In this document: piece after piece, positions 60,522-64,000 of the stretch
How positions within the stretch are numbered: position 1 is the first letter of the stretch
Layout: each line of letters opens with the position of its first letter
From: an uncultured Gammaproteobacteria bacterium
Lineage (GTDB): Bacteria > Cyanobacteriota > Vampirovibrionia > Gastranaerophilales > CAZEDP01
Reading direction: 5' to 3'
NCBI GenBank assembly: GCA_964643065.1
Contig: CAZXPD010000005.1
Span: 8 to 64,007, forward strand
Length of the DNA stretch: 64,000 nucleotides
Position numbers and translations under genes: made by a program
Notes under the pieces: model-generated
Told to the model about the DNA's origin: nothing
What the model saw: the letters and a program-made list of their open reading frames with translations, nothing else
Database searches by the model: none

Positions 60522-61658
60522 TTAGGAAGCGGTAATTTTGGCGATTGTTTGTTCAATGAGACTGAGACTTTCTCTGTCACCCTGTTTTGAATAATATTTT
60601 CTTGCTATTTCAAAGTATTCTAACGCTTTGACCTTATTTCCCAATGTCAGATTACATTCTCCGAGTTCAACAACGGGGTCGATTTCATAATAAGGCATTA
60701 ATTCGTAAGATTTTTCAAAATCAGCAATGGCAGCGTGAATATCTCCGGCAGATTTATTGATAAAACCTCTTATATGGTAATAAACATGATTCTGTGAATT
60801 ACATTTAATGGCAGAATCCAAGTCTTTTAATGCTTCAGGATATCTTTCCAGACCCATGTAAGCTAAACCTCTTTGAAAAAACGCGCCTTCATTATTAGAA
60901 TCTTTGCTCAAGCACTTATTGCAAGTTGCGACTGCCAAGTCATAAACGTCCAGATTGACTTCACAGTTTGCTTTTTTTACCAGTATTTCCGTTATTTTGT
61001 TATTTGGGTTTTCTGTTTTGCCGTAGCATTCTAAAGAATTTTCGAAGCAATCATAGGCTTCATCAAGACGGCCTGTTTCTAATAATATTTTACCCTTTGT
61101 ATAATAACAATCAGAATCATAAGGAGCTAAATCTATTGCCTTATCAATAGTTTCTTCCGCTTTATCTAAATCATCAATGTCAATATATGCATTAGCCTTT
61201 ATGTAATAAAGAAAAGAACTTTCGGGATCAATTTCAAGTGCGTTGTCGCAGCATTTAATAGCGTCAGGGCTTCTGCCCTGACGTCTAAGGCTTTCAGCTA
61301 AAAAACCATGGGCAGTAGTGAGCTTAGGATTAATTACTGTTGCCATTGAGAAGTCTTCTTCAGCTTGTTCATAATTTTTTAAGTTTAAATAAGCCAAGCC
61401 TCTTCGAAAAAACGCCGTTTCATTATTAGGATTTAATTCAATAATGTCGTCCAGCACTGTAATTGCTTCAGTATATTTCTTTTTGGCGGACAATGCCCTA
61501 GCCTCTTCCAAAAGAGCATCTTCATCTAAATCTTTGTATCTGACTCCAAAACAAACAGTATCTGCTGACAGGACGTGTTTCTTCGTGAAAGAATCCCCGT
61601 TTTCTTTAAGAAAAACAGGAGGAGTAGAGTTTATAAATGGTATATGGAAAATTTTCAC
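60522..61658 (-). CDS. TPR protein with N-terminal leader (MKIF...DSFTK...DTVCFG)
   Basis: Multiple 34-aa TPRs. GTG start overlaps the upstream stop (GTGA). Confidence 0.9.
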   Translation of the reverse strand: MKIFHIPFINSTPPVFLKENGDSFTKKHVLSADTVCFGVRYKDLDEDALLEEARALSAKKKYTEAITVLDDIIELNPNNETAFFRRGLAYLNLKNYEQAEEDFSMATVINPKLTTAHGFLAESLRRQGRSPDAIKCCDNALEIDPESSFLYYIKANAYIDIDDLDKAEETIDKAIDLAPYDSDCYYTKGKILLETGRLDEAYDCFENSLECYGKTENPNNKITEILVKKANCEVNLDVYDLAVATCNKCLSKDSNNEGAFFQRGLAYMGLERYPEALKDLDSAIKCNSQNHVYYHIRGFINKSAGDIHAAIADFEKSYELMPYYEIDPVVELGECNLTLGNKVKALEYFEIARKYYSKQGDRESLSLIEQTIAKITAS

Positions 61659-63004
61659 TGTTTATAATTCCCTTCTTGCAATAAATCTTGGATTAAATTT
61701 TTAATTTGATCAATTTTTTTCGATTGTTTGCTTTGGATATAAATTTTCATAAGCCTTTTAGCATCTTCCAACGCACCTGAAATATTAGCTAATTTTCTTC
61801 TGCAGTCAAGCCTGTATAATAAGTAATGCTCATTGTCCGGTTCTTTTTTAAGCGCTTGTGAATAATCTTTCTCTGCACTCTTAAAATCCCCCGTTTTTTC
61901 TTTGTAAGTGCCTCTGGCAAAGTAATTTTGAGCATTATCGGGAGACAGACTGATTGCAGTGTTTATGTCTTCAAGAGCTCCTTTGATGTCATTCAATTTG
62001 AACTTTGAATATGATCTTATATAGTAAGCAACAGAATCCCCGGAATCCAACTTTAATGCTTTATCAGCTTCAGCAATTGCCAAATCATATTTATCTATGT
62101 GATTAAGACACATGGCTTTGTTTAATAATGCAAATTCGTTTTTGGGGTTTAAATTGAGACAGTTGCTATAGTCATCTATTGCGCTGTTGTAATCTTCCTT
62201 TTTTTGAAAGATAAAACCTCGGTACTGGAACCATTCGCTTTGTTTTGGATTAAGTTTAAGGGCTATAGACTGATCTTCCAGTGCTTCTTCAAAAAGACGT
62301 AAATTAGCTTTACACAAGCCTCTTTTCATATATGCTTCGGCATCTTTATCGTTAACGTCAATTGCATTATCAAAGCTGTTTATTGCTTCTTCAAACTGTC
62401 CTGTCGCAGAAAATATACAGCCTTGCGAAAAGTAATACTCACCTTGATTAGAATCTAATTCAATTGCTTTTTCAATATCCTTTAAAGCCGCATCGTATTC
62501 GCCCATATCAAAATAAAACGTAGAACGATTCGAAAACAGTTCGGGACTTTTTGGATCTAGTTCTATCGACCTGTCAAAACTTTCAAGCGCCTCAGCAAAT
62601 TTCCCCTGACAGGAAAGAACATTACCTAACATACCGTAATGAAAGGCATTCAAAGGATCAATCGCGGTTGCCATACTTGCATCTTCTTCAGCTTCCTCAT
62701 ATTTGCCCAAATTCAAATATGCATCGGCTCTGCAAATAAAAGCCTCATCATTGGAGGGATTTATTTCTAGTGCTCTGGAATATTGTTCTATTGCATCATC
62801 AAAATTACCGTCCCCGCATAATTTATGTCCTTTTTCCACAAAAGCAGCTTCCTCACCTGGAAGAGCAGATACATTCTGTCCGAAGCAAATGGTATCAGTA
62901 TTAAGGGGCTGTAAAAAAGGAACAGAATGACCGTAGTTTTTACTTTTTTGCTGCTGTTTCACACAATCAATATTACTAAATGCCGGTGCCGAAAAAATTT
63001 TCAT
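61655..63004 (-). CDS. TPR protein with N-terminal leader (MKIF...DTICFG)
   Basis: About 11 TPRs after a 42-aa leader. Confidence 0.9.
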   Translation of the reverse strand: MKIFSAPAFSNIDCVKQQQKSKNYGHSVPFLQPLNTDTICFGQNVSALPGEEAAFVEKGHKLCGDGNFDDAIEQYSRALEINPSNDEAFICRADAYLNLGKYEEAEEDASMATAIDPLNAFHYGMLGNVLSCQGKFAEALESFDRSIELDPKSPELFSNRSTFYFDMGEYDAALKDIEKAIELDSNQGEYYFSQGCIFSATGQFEEAINSFDNAIDVNDKDAEAYMKRGLCKANLRLFEEALEDQSIALKLNPKQSEWFQYRGFIFQKKEDYNSAIDDYSNCLNLNPKNEFALLNKAMCLNHIDKYDLAIAEADKALKLDSGDSVAYYIRSYSKFKLNDIKGALEDINTAISLSPDNAQNYFARGTYKEKTGDFKSAEKDYSQALKKEPDNEHYLLYRLDCRRKLANISGALEDAKRLMKIYIQSKQSKKIDQIKNLIQDLLQEGNYKQ

Positions 63005-63016
63005 AATATTTTTTCC

Positions 63017-64000
63017 CTATTTATTTGAACTTTGAGAGAATTCGTTTAACAAACTTTCAACTGATGACATACCAGTTGCATCGTTTTCTGAAGAGTATAA
63101 TTCCAGTGCTTTTTTGCAATCTTTAACTGCGCCTTCGTTATTTTTTAATTCTTTTCTGCATCCGGCTCTGTATAAATAGACATCACCGTCTTCAGAACCG
63201 GCTTCAACTAATTGCGTTAAGATTTTTTCTGCTTCTGCAAATGACTTTGCGTCCATAAGACAAAGTGCTTTTACGACAAAATTGCTCTTATCATCCGGAT
63301 CAAGGCTTATAGCTTTGTCAATATCAGCTATTGCACCTTTGTAATCATCCAGCTTGCTTTTGGCGCTTGCTCTAATCGAGTAAAGCATAGCATTTGAGGG
63401 GTCAACTTCGAGACCTTTACTTGAAGCATCAATTACTTCCTTATATTTACCGAGGTAATTAAGGCAAACAGCCTTATCTTCGTGAGCTTCGATACACTTA
63501 GAATTAAGTTTTATCACATTATTGTTATACTTTACGGCATCTTCGTATTGTCCTAAGTCTAACAAAACGGAAGCTGCATTATACCAATATTTTTCATTTT
63601 TTGGATTCAATTCGATTGCATTTCTAAAATCCTCAAAAGCTTTTTTCGGCTTATCCCCGATTTCAAGCCGGCAAAGCCCGCGGTAATTATAGGCTTCAGC
63701 ATTATCAGGGTTTATTTCGATTGATTTATTCAGATATATTAATGCTTCATCATATTTTTCATCATCAAGCAAAGCCGACCCCATATTTGTTAAAGCTTCA
63801 TAATCTTTAGGGTCTATATCCAAAGCATTCTCGTAGCACTCAATCGCTTTTTCATACTGCTCCTTTTCCTGAAAAATCTGACCTTTTAATATATAATACT
63901 GGCCGTTTCCTGGATCTCCGTCTATCGCAACGTCAATATCGGCTATTGCTTTATCATTTTCACCAAGCTTAAACAATAATTCAGACCGGTAATAATATAA
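63017..64000 (-). CDS. TPR protein, 5'-truncated by window edge
   Basis: Frame open to base 64000 (LYYYRSELLFKLGEND...). Track start 63976 is internal. Confidence 0.9.
   Translation of the reverse strand, partial: LYYYRSELLFKLGENDKAIADIDVAIDGDPGNGQYYILKGQIFQEKEQYEKAIECYENALDIDPKDYEALTNMGSALLDDEKYDEALIYLNKSIEINPDNAEAYNYRGLCRLEIGDKPKKAFEDFRNAIELNPKNEKYWYNAASVLLDLGQYEDAVKYNNNVIKLNSKCIEAHEDKAVCLNYLGKYKEVIDASSKGLEVDPSNAMLYSIRASAKSKLDDYKGAIADIDKAISLDPDDKSNFVVKALCLMDAKSFAEAEKILTQLVEAGSEDGDVYLYRAGCRKELKNNEGAVKDCKKALELYSSENDATGMSSVESLLNEFSQSSNK

Noticed and set aside
652-62930. Remaining 60-150 aa ORFs of the track nested within or antisense to called genes
   Set aside because: They overlap stronger genes, lack motifs and RBS, and are expected by chance.

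Overview
AT-rich bacterial chromosomal segment, densely coding, with no CRISPR array, rRNA, tRNA, integrase or transposase that I can support. Inferred source: a non-photosynthetic Cyanobacteriota relative (Vampirovibrionia/Melainabacteria, possibly Gastranaerophilales-like). This rests on cyanobacterial-type genes (IctB-like, DUF4330, RecG with N-terminal extension, stand-alone gatC, NdhD-like subunit) occurring alongside Firmicutes-like traits (ylqD-rimM-trmD, recA-rny-ymdB, mfd-prsA, long Alu-type SRP RNA). Core genes: rimM, trmD, uppP, surE, ymdB, rny, recA, recG, ffs, nuoM/N, cdd, pyrG, gatC, mfd. Accessory content: an ArnT glycosylation operon, a candidate unusual-sugar operon (aldolase-HAD-radical SAM-ThDP enzyme plus GT10/GT2), a CHASE2-GGDEF + miniature dehydratase-fold + ATP-dependent activase operon, and three tandem TPR genes. 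Main leads: (1) about ten otherwise unrelated proteins share a non-Sec, often Asn/Lys/Ser-rich N-terminal leader ending in a hydrophobic-S/C-F-G/K and/or D-S-F-x-K/R motif. This is a candidate lineage-specific export signal, and the window also encodes a soluble FlhA C-terminal-domain protein with no membrane domain. (2) RNase Y has no ATG/GTG/TTG start and appears to initiate at ATC behind a well-placed promoter and SD. (3) An unannotated ~200-nt structured RNA at 53031-53232 has its own promoter and terminator and partial 6S-like features. (4) A tandem cluster of REP-like palindromes lies at 35597-35916.
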